The notes under the pieces are model-generated. The model was not told the origin of the DNA. It did not search any database and was given only the letters and a program-made list of their open reading frames with translations. Positions 47,053-56,529 of a stretch of DNA of 64,000 nucleotides are shown here, one piece after another. Position 1 is the stretch's first letter; the number at the start of each line of letters is the position of its first letter. Source of the stretch: Elusimicrobiota bacterium (GTDB taxonomy: Bacteria; Elusimicrobiota; UBA8919); contig JAQUMH010000002.1 of NCBI GenBank assembly GCA_028718185.1, positions 4,088 through 68,087 on the forward strand, given 5' to 3'. The translations under genes were made by a program, and so were the position numbers.

Positions 47053-47165
47053 CCCCGCAGCAAACTGCGGGGTATCAAATTGCCACCCCGCACAGTTTTG
47101 TCGTAGACAAAACTAGACGTGGGGGTTCTCCTTTCCTTATCCCCGTCAAGTGAAACTTGACGGGG
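47053..47165. repeat. Three hairpin modules: CCCCGCAGcaaaCTGCGGGG; CCCCGCACAGTTTTGTCgtaGACAAAACTAGACGTGGGG; CCCCGTCAAGtgaaaCTTGACGGGG
   Basis: Read directly. The middle module has a relative inside an ORF at 57626-57664. Confidence 0.75.
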
Positions 47166-47191
47166 TATTTGCTGAAGGAGAATAAAAAAAT

Positions 47192-50100
47192 TTATTCTAT
47201 AAGCCGTTTAAAATAATCTTTTATTATTGTTTCATATTTTTGCGGATATTTTTGTCTGAGTGATTCAATTATTGATTCCCTGAATTCTTTTGGCGGCTTA
47301 TATTCGTCGATTGAAGGTATTTTTACGAAACCTTCCCTGAACCCCGTATAACCGCCTTCTTTATTACCTCTATTCCCGCGTGTTCTAAATTTACCACCCA
47401 TCCCCATTGAACCTTTGCCCCCCATACTACTCGCCTGTCCCATTTGACTTAAAGCGCCTTCTAACCCCTCTTTACCACTTAACAAATCATTGAGCGCTTT
47501 TTTTTCAAAATCAACTGCTGACGGGTCATTGGCGTTTGAAAGTTCATCACTAGCCGAACCCATCGCTTCCTGGGACGATAAAATCTTTTTGGCAGCATCT
47601 GACGGTATGGAAAGCGTCTTGCTTAATATTCCAAGGACTTTTTTGTGCAGTAATTGTGCCTGTTTTTGATTTAATTTTTGTGTTTTTGACAGTTGATTAT
47701 GCTTTTCTAAATCGTTTTCTGTAAAAATACTTGTTTTTGGCGGTGCAAATTTCTTCAATTCATTAAGAATCTCCTGTTCAATAGTTTTGCTTGATAAAAC
47801 ATATTCAGCAGATTTTTTAATATTTACATTTTTGGATATATTTTCAAGTTCCGCTATTATTGTTATTAATAATTCATTTGACTTTTCAATTTTTTCATCG
47901 GTAAATTCCTTTAAAACAATTCCCATCTGGGTTTCAGGCTGGACATAAAGATTAAAAACAGACGGATGTGTTGTTGTGCTTTTTTCAATAATTGTTTTTG
48001 AATCGTTGAGTCTGGACATTGCCAATTTCTGTTTTTCTACAAGTTTTTTAAGCAATTCTTTTTGCAATGACAATATCTTCTTTGCCCGTTGCATGTCCAA
48101 TTCCTGAGTACTATTCAAAATCTTCCGCTGTTCTTCTACTATCTTGTCCAGGTCATTAAGCGATTCTTCTGTTTCCTTTTGAAGTTTCTGCTGTGCACTG
48201 CTTGTTGTTGAATTTGAAGAATTTTCCATTGTATTAAGGATATCGGATATTTGCTTGCTGAGTTTTTCAGCAAGCTCTATCGCTTTATCAATATTACCGG
48301 ATTGAAGAGACCACTTCATTTCATCTGCTGCCGATCTCATTTCAGTAAGATCTATTTTTTTCACATTCTCATCGTTTGCAAAATCTTCCGGTAATTTTTG
48401 CGGCATTTCTGAAACTTTTTTTGATAATTCTTCCATCAGCTTGGAAAGTTTTTCATTTGCTTCCTGAAGTTTTTTCATCTTTTCCGGATCTGAAAAATTT
48501 TTCATATCTTTAAGATTTTGTTCTATATCTGACGAAGTATCCGCCATATCTCTTACAGTGGAAAGCATATCTTCCATTTTTTGTTTTTTAGCAATATCTT
48601 CTGAAAATACACCCAGTCTTTTAAGTTCTTCTATTATTTCATCCTGTACCCGTTCCGCATTATCATATTGTTTATTAGAAAGCGAATCCTCAGCTTCGTT
48701 CATTTTCTGTTCCCCGATTGTCTTTGCCGCTTCAAGTAAATTTTTATACTCTGAATATGCATTATAATCAGTTAACGGATCGTTTGCCATTTTTTCCACT
48801 GTCTTACTGAATTCATCTGTTGCTTTATTCATTAACTCCTGTGCATTTTTCTGCATATTAGCAGCATTTTCAATATCACGTTTAGCAAGTGATGTTCTGC
48901 TCTGAAGCTGTCTGGATAATATTTCCTGCAATTTCCTATTGAAATCAGATATTTCATCTTCTATAATTTTGTGTTCCATTTCATATGACATAACCTCAAT
49001 ACTATATGTTTTTGAATTTCCGGTTAAATGAGCAGGATAAATATTATTATCTGCAACTTCAAGACGATATTGGATTACATCGCCCGGTTTCAACCCCAAA
49101 TCAGCTACTGATATTTCATAATCATCTAATATTTTCTGTGTAGGTTTTATAAATGATTTTATTTTCACCTGTTTTTTAAGCGTTAAATAGTCTATATTGA
49201 TTTCTGATATCCCGAAATCATCTTCTGCGGAATAGATAATTTTTAATTTTTCATTTTCCGAAACTATAATATCGCAGGCAGGAGCAACTATTTCAATAAC
49301 AGGCGGACTGTTTTTAGTTACGCTAACCTTGTACTTCACGGGTTGCCTGTAGATATCCCCGTCAATAGAAACTGCTTCTATCCAGTATTCAGTTTGATTT
49401 TGTATTACAAATTGGGAAGTAATTAGATTTTTAGAAATATCCATTTTATTTTTTTCATTCATATCGGTTATCAAAAATGCTTCTTTGGCTTTTTTATTTG
49501 TCTGTGCAGTGATTTTAACCGTAGTACCTACCGGCGCTTCTATATCGCTTTCTTCAACAATTTTGTCCGGTAATCCTATGTATGAAGGATATATATATTC
49601 AAGTTTTATATCAGCGATTGTAAACGGCGAAGTTATTTTCACATCATACTTATGTGATTTATTGTCCAATACTACGACATAATATTCTGTATTATCTGTT
49701 ATTTTTTCAATAGCCTCCGCATATTCGCCTTTACCTGTTTTTTTCATTTTCTTTTTATGCCATTCACTGTTAGCTTCTCTAAAATAAAGATATGGCGTTG
49801 ATTTGTCAGGTTTAACAACTGCACGAATATTCACATCACTACCAAGATTAACTGAAATATCTCCTGGCAAAACTGCAATTTCCATCGCCGAAAGAAAAGG
49901 TATTAAATATCTTTTTAATTGAAGTGAATTGAAAAATAAAGCAAAATTCACCAGGAAAATTAAAAATACAATGATAATATTTTTCAATGGTTTGAAATCT
50001 GTGAATTTTTTTAATAAATCCTTAGAAATTTTTGATGATGTGATTCTTACGAATTCTTCGGCAAATAACGATGATGTTTCGGAATATTTATTATTTTTAA

Positions 50101-50413
50101 GTTGAATTGCATTTATCAAGTCATCTTTCAATGTGCTGTTTTTTTTCTGAATCAAAATCGCTATATCTTCATTTGCTGTTTTTAAATAAATTATTTTTAG
50201 TATTATCTTCATAATAAATACTATTGAAAACACAATCATTACCAGCCATAGAGAGACTCTTAATGCATATGACGATAAATTAAAAATATCGGCAAAATAA
50301 TTTATAAACACAATAAAAAACAAGAATATGAAGATTTTTGTAATATTTTCAACAATATACAAAAACATTATCCTCTTCTTTGTCTTTGATATTAAATTAT
50401 TTATATTATCCAT
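47192..50413 (-). CDS. DUF4175-family membrane protein with a very long coiled-coil/low-complexity region (terminal member of the Bat-associated cluster)
   Basis: 1073 aa. Two N-terminal TM segments are followed by DIAILIQKKNSTLKDDLINAIQL, a K/E/Q-rich centre and the C-terminal ...YETIIKDYFKRLIE. Confidence 0.6.
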   Translation of the reverse strand: MDNINNLISKTKKRIMFLYIVENITKIFIFLFFIVFINYFADIFNLSSYALRVSLWLVMIVFSIVFIMKIILKIIYLKTANEDIAILIQKKNSTLKDDLINAIQLKNNKYSETSSLFAEEFVRITSSKISKDLLKKFTDFKPLKNIIIVFLIFLVNFALFFNSLQLKRYLIPFLSAMEIAVLPGDISVNLGSDVNIRAVVKPDKSTPYLYFREANSEWHKKKMKKTGKGEYAEAIEKITDNTEYYVVVLDNKSHKYDVKITSPFTIADIKLEYIYPSYIGLPDKIVEESDIEAPVGTTVKITAQTNKKAKEAFLITDMNEKNKMDISKNLITSQFVIQNQTEYWIEAVSIDGDIYRQPVKYKVSVTKNSPPVIEIVAPACDIIVSENEKLKIIYSAEDDFGISEINIDYLTLKKQVKIKSFIKPTQKILDDYEISVADLGLKPGDVIQYRLEVADNNIYPAHLTGNSKTYSIEVMSYEMEHKIIEDEISDFNRKLQEILSRQLQSRTSLAKRDIENAANMQKNAQELMNKATDEFSKTVEKMANDPLTDYNAYSEYKNLLEAAKTIGEQKMNEAEDSLSNKQYDNAERVQDEIIEELKRLGVFSEDIAKKQKMEDMLSTVRDMADTSSDIEQNLKDMKNFSDPEKMKKLQEANEKLSKLMEELSKKVSEMPQKLPEDFANDENVKKIDLTEMRSAADEMKWSLQSGNIDKAIELAEKLSKQISDILNTMENSSNSTTSSAQQKLQKETEESLNDLDKIVEEQRKILNSTQELDMQRAKKILSLQKELLKKLVEKQKLAMSRLNDSKTIIEKSTTTHPSVFNLYVQPETQMGIVLKEFTDEKIEKSNELLITIIAELENISKNVNIKKSAEYVLSSKTIEQEILNELKKFAPPKTSIFTENDLEKHNQLSKTQKLNQKQAQLLHKKVLGILSKTLSIPSDAAKKILSSQEAMGSASDELSNANDPSAVDFEKKALNDLLSGKEGLEGALSQMGQASSMGGKGSMGMGGKFRTRGNRGNKEGGYTGFREGFVKIPSIDEYKPPKEFRESIIESLRQKYPQKYETIIKDYFKRLIE

Positions 50414-50447
50414 AATTATTAAATATTATGTGGCTATTGAAAAATTT

Positions 50448-52292
50448 CTATTTTATTAATTTCCCCTTTGCTATTTCAAGATACTTTTTTGCTTCACTGT
50501 TATTTGGATTATTTTTAATTACAGTTTGTAATTCAACAATAACTTTCTTCCAATCGCTTTTTTGCCAATATAAAATTGCGAGCTCATAATGTACATCTGT
50601 ATAATTTGGATTTAAACGTAAAGCCTCTTTGAATTCTTTTATTGCAGCATCAGTGTTGTTAACGCGGGGGAACATTCTGCCTAGATTAAAATGAATATCA
50701 GCATTATTTGTCATATCATAAACAAATATAGAATACCCTATTTTATCTACAGGTTCGTATTTTTTTAACCAATCGAAAGCATGAATATCACCTAAATATA
50801 AACCTTGCAGATAAGTGGCACTTACAGCTAAAAGATTCTGTCCCTTTTTATTTACATAATCAACTTCCGGAGAACAGACAGGCGTTAGTATATGCTGTCC
50901 CTTTAGTCCATAGTACATTGAGTCACCTTGTCCAAAATAACACTCTACTAAATTTGCCGGTTTTACTTTATCAATATATTTTTTAAGACCCTTTAAATCC
51001 TGCCCCCAGTCAAGATTTGATTCTACAACATATTTCCACCCGTTCTTTGGTCCGCCGATAAACTCATTAAAATATGCCAGATGATGAGGGAATATACGTA
51101 CAGCCGAATAAAGATACCACAGACAAAGAAATAACACTGCCATTTTTTTTACTATCTTGCTATTTGCATTAACTGCGTTAAAAACATTAACCACACTTCC
51201 TGCCAATACAAAAAGGAACGGGTAAACAGGCAGTATATATCTTAATCCTAATTGTGTTTGACTTTTAGATGCACTAACAAAAAATATAAATGCCGGAAGA
51301 AAAACAAATATTTCATCATTATTCCACAAGCATTTCATATGCTTGTGGCTTATTTTTATCAAACTCCAAAACAACAATATTATAAATGGAACCGGCGTTT
51401 TTATTAAAAATGCTATTATAAAATAATACCACCAACCGCCTGACGAATAGCTTCCCATTAGAAAATTAGGATTTCCTGCTTCTTTTGTTTTAACAATTAT
51501 AGATGAAAAAACGATACTTATTCCTTTAAAATATGAACCTATACCTGTCACCCTGTAGGATAATAAAATAACACAACATGCAATAATAACAGAACTTATC
51601 AATCTCCACCATTTTTTGTTTAATTTATTATATTCAAAACCTGCTAAAAGCATAAATACAGGAACAAGCACTATACTCGAGACTTTTGATACCTGAGCCA
51701 AACCAAAACAAAACCCTACTAATAAAGCATTTAACCAAGTTTGTTTTTTAGAAAATTTCCAGAAAAAATATACACTTAAAAATATAAAAACCGTTACCCC
51801 AAAATCCGTTGTTGCAATTCCAGAATGCGATATAATGTCAGCTGAGAAAGAATAAAGAAATAATGTCAATAACCCCGCCTTCACCCCATATAACCGGCTT
51901 GAAAATTTGAAAACAAAAAAACCCAGCAAAAGAGCCAGAATAAATATCGGTATTCTGCCAAGAAAAAGTATTTTATCAGCACTTGTTGTATTTTCATATA
52001 GGAACTTTTTTCCGTAAGCAAATAGTTCTCCGGCATTGTCTTTTAAATTTTCCGGAGGAAGAGGCGGAAGTTTTAATTTAAGCGGTAATAGAAAACTTGC
52101 AGATAACATTCTCAAAAAAGGCGGATTATTCGGTGCAAAACTAAAATCCCCTGTTTTTAAATTATAATACCCTACAGCTAAATAATGCGGTTCGTCATAA
52201 ACCGGGCATTTCGTCCATGGACCAAATGCAACCTGGAGTCCAAAAACAATAAAAAGAAACATAATAATCAGCAATTCAATCTTTCTATTCAT
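50448..52292 (-). CDS. GT-C fold glycosyltransferase, family 39 (ArnT/PMT-like) with C-terminal TPR repeats
   Basis: 614 aa. A first-loop acidic motif (YDEPHY) is followed by about 11 TM segments. The C-terminal TPR region includes AIKEFKEALRLNPNY..HYELAILYW. Confidence 0.65.
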   Translation of the reverse strand: MNRKIELLIIMFLFIVFGLQVAFGPWTKCPVYDEPHYLAVGYYNLKTGDFSFAPNNPPFLRMLSASFLLPLKLKLPPLPPENLKDNAGELFAYGKKFLYENTTSADKILFLGRIPIFILALLLGFFVFKFSSRLYGVKAGLLTLFLYSFSADIISHSGIATTDFGVTVFIFLSVYFFWKFSKKQTWLNALLVGFCFGLAQVSKVSSIVLVPVFMLLAGFEYNKLNKKWWRLISSVIIACCVILLSYRVTGIGSYFKGISIVFSSIIVKTKEAGNPNFLMGSYSSGGWWYYFIIAFLIKTPVPFIILLFWSLIKISHKHMKCLWNNDEIFVFLPAFIFFVSASKSQTQLGLRYILPVYPFLFVLAGSVVNVFNAVNANSKIVKKMAVLFLCLWYLYSAVRIFPHHLAYFNEFIGGPKNGWKYVVESNLDWGQDLKGLKKYIDKVKPANLVECYFGQGDSMYYGLKGQHILTPVCSPEVDYVNKKGQNLLAVSATYLQGLYLGDIHAFDWLKKYEPVDKIGYSIFVYDMTNNADIHFNLGRMFPRVNNTDAAIKEFKEALRLNPNYTDVHYELAILYWQKSDWKKVIVELQTVIKNNPNNSEAKKYLEIAKGKLIK

Positions 52293-52303
52293 ATATTAAG
52301 AAA

Positions 52304-52396
52304 CACGAATTATCACGAATGTTATGACACATCACGAATTTATCACGAATATTCGTATCCTATTCGTGATTTTTTGGTTATTCGTGTTCATTCGTG
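52304..52396. repeat. ~93-nt imperfect palindrome built from 4 direct CACGAAT units and 4 inverted ATTCGTG units, symmetric about 52350/52351
   Basis: CACGAAT is at 52304, 52314, 52333 and 52344. ATTCGT(G) is at 52351, 52362, 52380 and 52390. The central ACGAATATTCGT is a perfect 12-nt palindrome. The last unit supplies the final codons (IHE-stop) of the 726-aa ORF. Confidence 0.8.
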
Positions 52397-54568
52397 TATT
52401 TGAGCGTTTTTCCTTGCCATGTAAAGATATTTCTGGGCATCGATATTGTTTGGATTGATTTTTAGAGTTTTTTCAAGTTCTTCAATAACTTTATCCCATT
52501 TATTAAGACGCCAATATGCCACTGCCATATTATAGTGTGCATCCATATAATCGGATTTAATTTTGACTGCTTCGTTATATTCGGAAATAGCTTCATTAGT
52601 TTTGTTTTGTTTTTCATAAATAGTCCCAAGATTATTATAAACAATTGCCCAATCGTAAAGAATTGAATCAACCACTTCCGGAAAAGACTTATATTCAATT
52701 GCATCATTGTACATTTTTGTATAATATTTTATTGATTCCTTATAGTAATACTCGGTTTTTTCTAAATCATTTTTTTGATAATAAAGCCAGCCGAGATTAT
52801 AATATATAGAAGGATAATCTTCTTTTATTGATATTGCTTCATTAAATTTTATTATTGCATCTTTTTCTTTATCTTCCCTCATAAAGAAAAGACCTGCTTT
52901 GAACAAAGAATCGGCATATTGTGAGATAATTTTCTGTGTAAAAAAATCCGGATATGCAGATGCATTGAGAACGCTTCTCTTTATGTAAAATTCCACAAAA
53001 TTAACCGGCTTATCAAATACTGTTTTTATATCTTTTACCTGAAAAACCAGCCCATAAGGATAAACATAATATTTCTGACCAAGCATTTCGTAATCTTCAA
53101 CATCACTTGTAAAACAGACATTCCTGTTTTTATTGAATATATAAAACTGGGAAAATGTATCCGGATTATTTAATGAAAAAACATCCGTATTTTTATATTT
53201 TTTTAACGTTTCCTGATACCATTTACTTCCCGAAAGTCCTTTTGCTATAACTGTAATATCATTACGTTTATTTTCCACATACTGTAAATACCATTCTGAA
53301 AAAACCTGAATATCTTCTCTTGATATAATTATTGAATTGGCCGGAAGAGACCTGAAAACGTTCCTTGCAAAATCGTATGCAGTAAAATTATTACGCATAT
53401 TTTGTTTACCTATATTTAATGTAAATAACCATATTGGAATTATTAAAAAAATAATAGAAACCGTTTTTAACTTTCGGGACACAAAATATATCCCGAAACC
53501 AAACCACAAAGCAAGCATTAAATCAGAAATTAAATAGTGCGGTTCCACAATTGCAAGTGCATACGGGTTAGGCGGCATTTTAGCAATTGTAATGAAAAAA
53601 GGTCCTGTGATAATGTAAATCATTAATGTTGATATCAAAAAATCCTTTTTTGCTTTATACAAATATAAAAATCCAAAAAATACTATCGGAATACCAATAA
53701 TGGTAAATAGATTAAAAGTTCTTTCTAAATAGACCTTCATTCCCGAGTAAAAAACATCACTGATTTTATATCTTGTGGAGATTAAATCCAATGTTTTCCC
53801 GTGCGTTTTACGGGTAATTGTATCCATTACTGTCTGTATATTATCGGGTTTATTCCAATTTAGATATGGCTGAGTTTTTGACCTTGCAGGCAAAAATGCA
53901 AATATAGAAAAACCAAGAAAAAACAGAATTACATAAGTAATTATATTTTTAATTGAAAAAAGGTTTTGTATTTTACTCTTTACAACCCAATATAAAATCC
54001 CGGGAACAATTAAAATTATCTCAATACGGTTGCCTGTCGCTAGCCCTAACAGGAAAGAAACGAGTAACAAGTAACGAGTAGTGAGTAATAAATAAATTAT
54101 CAATACAATAAAAAAGATGTTTAGAGTATACATTTCCGCGACTACTGAAACAGACCATAAGGTCTTGGAAAAAGCAAAAATAAGAACAGGTAAGCAGGCG
54201 GATAATAAGAAAGCGGGATTGTGCGATTGTGGGATTGTGGAATAGAGAGAGTGCGGGATTGCGGGATTGTGGGATTGCGGGATAGAAAAAGAACAGGTCA
54301 ACTGCTTTATAATCAAATATATGATACTACAAGTTAAAGCGCCAAAAACAGCACTCATGCAGTTTACACGATAGGCTATATTTCCGAATGGAATTAAAAT
54401 TGTAAAGATTTTTCCAAGAACCACATATAACGGATACCCGGGCGGGTGAGCTATTCCATACTTGTAACAAACAGATACCATCTCTCCTGCATCACGATAG
54501 ATTGCAACCGACGGGAACAATGTATAAACAAACACCCAAAATGTTAATAAAAACAAGAAATAAATCAT
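52388..54568 (-). CDS. DUF2723 (TMEM260-like GT-C) membrane protein with C-terminal TPR repeats, paralog 1
   Basis: 726 aa. The N-terminus is YRDAGEM....GIAHPPGYPLYVVLGKIF...PFGNIAYRVNCMSAVFGALTC, followed by many TM segments and a TPR tail. Confidence 0.65.
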   Translation of the reverse strand: MIYFLFLLTFWVFVYTLFPSVAIYRDAGEMVSVCYKYGIAHPPGYPLYVVLGKIFTILIPFGNIAYRVNCMSAVFGALTCSIIYLIIKQLTCSFSIPQSHNPAIPHSLYSTIPQSHNPAFLLSACLPVLIFAFSKTLWSVSVVAEMYTLNIFFIVLIIYLLLTTRYLLLVSFLLGLATGNRIEIILIVPGILYWVVKSKIQNLFSIKNIITYVILFFLGFSIFAFLPARSKTQPYLNWNKPDNIQTVMDTITRKTHGKTLDLISTRYKISDVFYSGMKVYLERTFNLFTIIGIPIVFFGFLYLYKAKKDFLISTLMIYIITGPFFITIAKMPPNPYALAIVEPHYLISDLMLALWFGFGIYFVSRKLKTVSIIFLIIPIWLFTLNIGKQNMRNNFTAYDFARNVFRSLPANSIIISREDIQVFSEWYLQYVENKRNDITVIAKGLSGSKWYQETLKKYKNTDVFSLNNPDTFSQFYIFNKNRNVCFTSDVEDYEMLGQKYYVYPYGLVFQVKDIKTVFDKPVNFVEFYIKRSVLNASAYPDFFTQKIISQYADSLFKAGLFFMREDKEKDAIIKFNEAISIKEDYPSIYYNLGWLYYQKNDLEKTEYYYKESIKYYTKMYNDAIEYKSFPEVVDSILYDWAIVYNNLGTIYEKQNKTNEAISEYNEAVKIKSDYMDAHYNMAVAYWRLNKWDKVIEELEKTLKINPNNIDAQKYLYMARKNAQIHE
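54061..54095. repeat. 7-nt tandem units (CGAGTAA/CAAGTAA/CGAGTAG/TGAGTAA/TAAATAA) inside paralog 1, encoding part of a TM helix
   Basis: Read directly. A related array is at 56012-56053 in paralog 2. Confidence 0.6.
54213..54284. repeat. Nine consecutive 8-nt units (GCGGGATT/GTGCGATT/GTGGGATT...) in frame in paralog 1 (72 nt)
   Basis: The 8-nt register is kept over 54213-54284. It is translated as SIPQSHNPAIPHSLYSTIPQSHNPAF. Confidence 0.8.
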
Positions 54569-56529
54569 AATCTTTTTTTAGCTATTTCCAGATAATTTTT
54601 CACATCAGCTCTTTCCGGATTTATCTGTAAAACTTTTTCAAATTCTTCCACCACACCCTGCCAGTTTTTCATATCCCAGTATAAAGCTGCTAAACTATAA
54701 TGTGCATCTTCATAATTTGGGAATATTTCAATGGCATTTTTAAACATTAATATCGCCGTATTTTTTTGATTAGTTTCAATATAATACTTTGATAATGTAA
54801 GATAATAAAAATAAGCTAAAATAGCATCACGAAACCTCGAATACTTTCCTCTTAATGCATAAATATAAGAAAAATCATGTTGAGGCATTTCCTTGTTAAG
54901 TGAATATAAAAGCCCTGCATTATAAAATTTCATATCACTGAAATAATCAGGATTTTCAGCTAAATAATAAGTGCTTTTCCCGCTATCTAAAATCATTTTT
55001 CTTTCAATCGGCAACCTAACCATCCGCCTTTCACTACCCTTAATCCAATAATACCTATCACCATATATGTTGGGAAAAACACTTGCATTACAGTCAAAAA
55101 CATCTACTGTCGGCCTTCTTTTTTCAACTATTTTCTGATATGCAAGAATAAATACAGATTCATCTGCTTTATCCAGAAAAAGCAATGAGTTATTTGAAAC
55201 AGTTTTCAAAATATTTTTGCCGAGGTCAAACGGGAAGAAATTGTATCTTAAATTGTTTCTTTGAAAGTTTGCCGAAAACTGGAAAACCAAAAATCCTGTT
55301 ATAAAAATATAAGCCACGAACGTGCAAACCGCTTTATGGTAAACCCAGGTTGTTTTATCGACTATATACTTTACCCCCATACCAATCCATATTGCGAATA
55401 TTATTACTGAAGGTATGTGAAAGGGTTCGAGCAGGTCTCTCGTAGAATCATCTACAGGTTTATTAGCCAAAAACATAAAAATTGGTCCAGAAAAAAAGAA
55501 GATTAAAAATAGAAACCAAAAATATTTCTTTTCTTTTTTATAATTATAAATAAAACCGGTAATTCCTAAAATAGATCCAAAGACAGTAAATGAATCTACG
55601 ATATTTTTAATATATTCCCAAAGCTGCTGCATCAGCAGAGGCAGGGGTCTAAATAAATATCCCCCTTTCTCTTCAATATGCATTACACCGCCGTATCCTA
55701 TCCTGAAAACTACTCTTAAAAAATTTATAAACTTACCGGGATTGTCCCAATTGGCTATCGGATTTTGGCGGGAACGAATAAACAAATATAAATATAGTGA
55801 AAAACCAAGTAAAAAAAATAGCGTCCAATGTCCGATGTCCCTGCCCCGTGGCAAGGCGGGCGATGTCCAATGTCTTAAAGGTTTATTTTGAACTGAGTTT
55901 GCTCCGCTCAAAACAGGATACTTAGGACTTTGGAGTATTAAATATAACATACCGGGAAATAAAAGTACTAGTGTATGGTGGTTACAAAGCCCTAAACCGA
56001 ATAAGAAAGAAATGAGTAACGAGTAACGATTAACGAGTAATAAATAAATAATCAATATGACAAAAAACGCGTTTAATGTGTATATCCCGCCTTTTGTCTG
56101 GACACATTGAGACCAAAATATATTAGAAAAAGCTAAGAAAAAGGCGGATAAGAAAGCGGGAAAGCGGGAAAGTGGGAAAGCGGGATTGTGCGATTGAGAG
56201 ATAGCGGAATCGTGGGATTGTGCGATTGTGGGATTGTGGGATAGAGGGTCAGCGGACGAGCTGGTAAGATGCTTCATTAACAAATACATTATACCGCAGG
56301 TTAATGCTCCGAAAAAGACGCTCATGCAATTTACACGATATGCTATGTTTCCATAAGGGATTAAAATTGTAAATATCTTCCCAAGCAACACATACAACGG
56401 ATATCCCGGCGGGTGACTAATACCCAAAACGTACGAAGAAGTTATAAGTTCGCCACTATCGCCTGTACATACAGTAGGTGAAGAAGTGAATAGTAATATT
56501 CCTAAGTTTATCAAAAATACTATTATCAT
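54565..56529 (-). CDS. DUF2723 (TMEM260-like GT-C) membrane protein with a short C-terminal TPR region, paralog 2
   Basis: 654 aa. The N-terminus is TGDSGELITSSYVLGISHPPGYPLYVLLGKIF..PYGNIAYRVNCMS. There are 4-nt overlaps with both neighbours. Confidence 0.65.
   Translation of the reverse strand: MIIVFLINLGILLFTSSPTVCTGDSGELITSSYVLGISHPPGYPLYVLLGKIFTILIPYGNIAYRVNCMSVFFGALTCGIMYLLMKHLTSSSADPLSHNPTIAQSHDSAISQSHNPAFPLSRFPAFLSAFFLAFSNIFWSQCVQTKGGIYTLNAFFVILIIYLLLVNRYSLLISFLFGLGLCNHHTLVLLFPGMLYLILQSPKYPVLSGANSVQNKPLRHWTSPALPRGRDIGHWTLFFLLGFSLYLYLFIRSRQNPIANWDNPGKFINFLRVVFRIGYGGVMHIEEKGGYLFRPLPLLMQQLWEYIKNIVDSFTVFGSILGITGFIYNYKKEKKYFWFLFLIFFFSGPIFMFLANKPVDDSTRDLLEPFHIPSVIIFAIWIGMGVKYIVDKTTWVYHKAVCTFVAYIFITGFLVFQFSANFQRNNLRYNFFPFDLGKNILKTVSNNSLLFLDKADESVFILAYQKIVEKRRPTVDVFDCNASVFPNIYGDRYYWIKGSERRMVRLPIERKMILDSGKSTYYLAENPDYFSDMKFYNAGLLYSLNKEMPQHDFSYIYALRGKYSRFRDAILAYFYYLTLSKYYIETNQKNTAILMFKNAIEIFPNYEDAHYSLAALYWDMKNWQGVVEEFEKVLQINPERADVKNYLEIAKKRL
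55821..55874. repeat. GTCCAAT/GTCCGAT 7-nt units flanking a GC segment, in frame in paralog 2
   Basis: GCGTCCAATGTCCGATGTCCCTGCCCCGTGGCAAGGCGGGCGATGTCCAATGTC was read directly. It is the reverse-complement vocabulary of the GACATTG array at 62100-62134. Confidence 0.65.
56152..56247. repeat. Twelve consecutive 8-nt units (4x GAAAGCGG-type, then GATTGTGC/GATTGTGG-type) in frame in paralog 2 (96 nt)
   Basis: The register is kept over 56152-56247. It is translated as ADPLSHNPTIAQSHDSAISQSHNPAFPLSRFPAF. Confidence 0.8.

Noticed and set aside
47004-47093. The N-terminal 30 codons of the tracked 159-aa ORF (MRGGNLIPRSLLRG...)
   Set aside because: The codons run through the hairpin CCCCGCAGcaaaCTGCGGGG and AT-rich spacer. 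The CpXC domain begins right after Met31, so the shorter start at 47003 is preferred.
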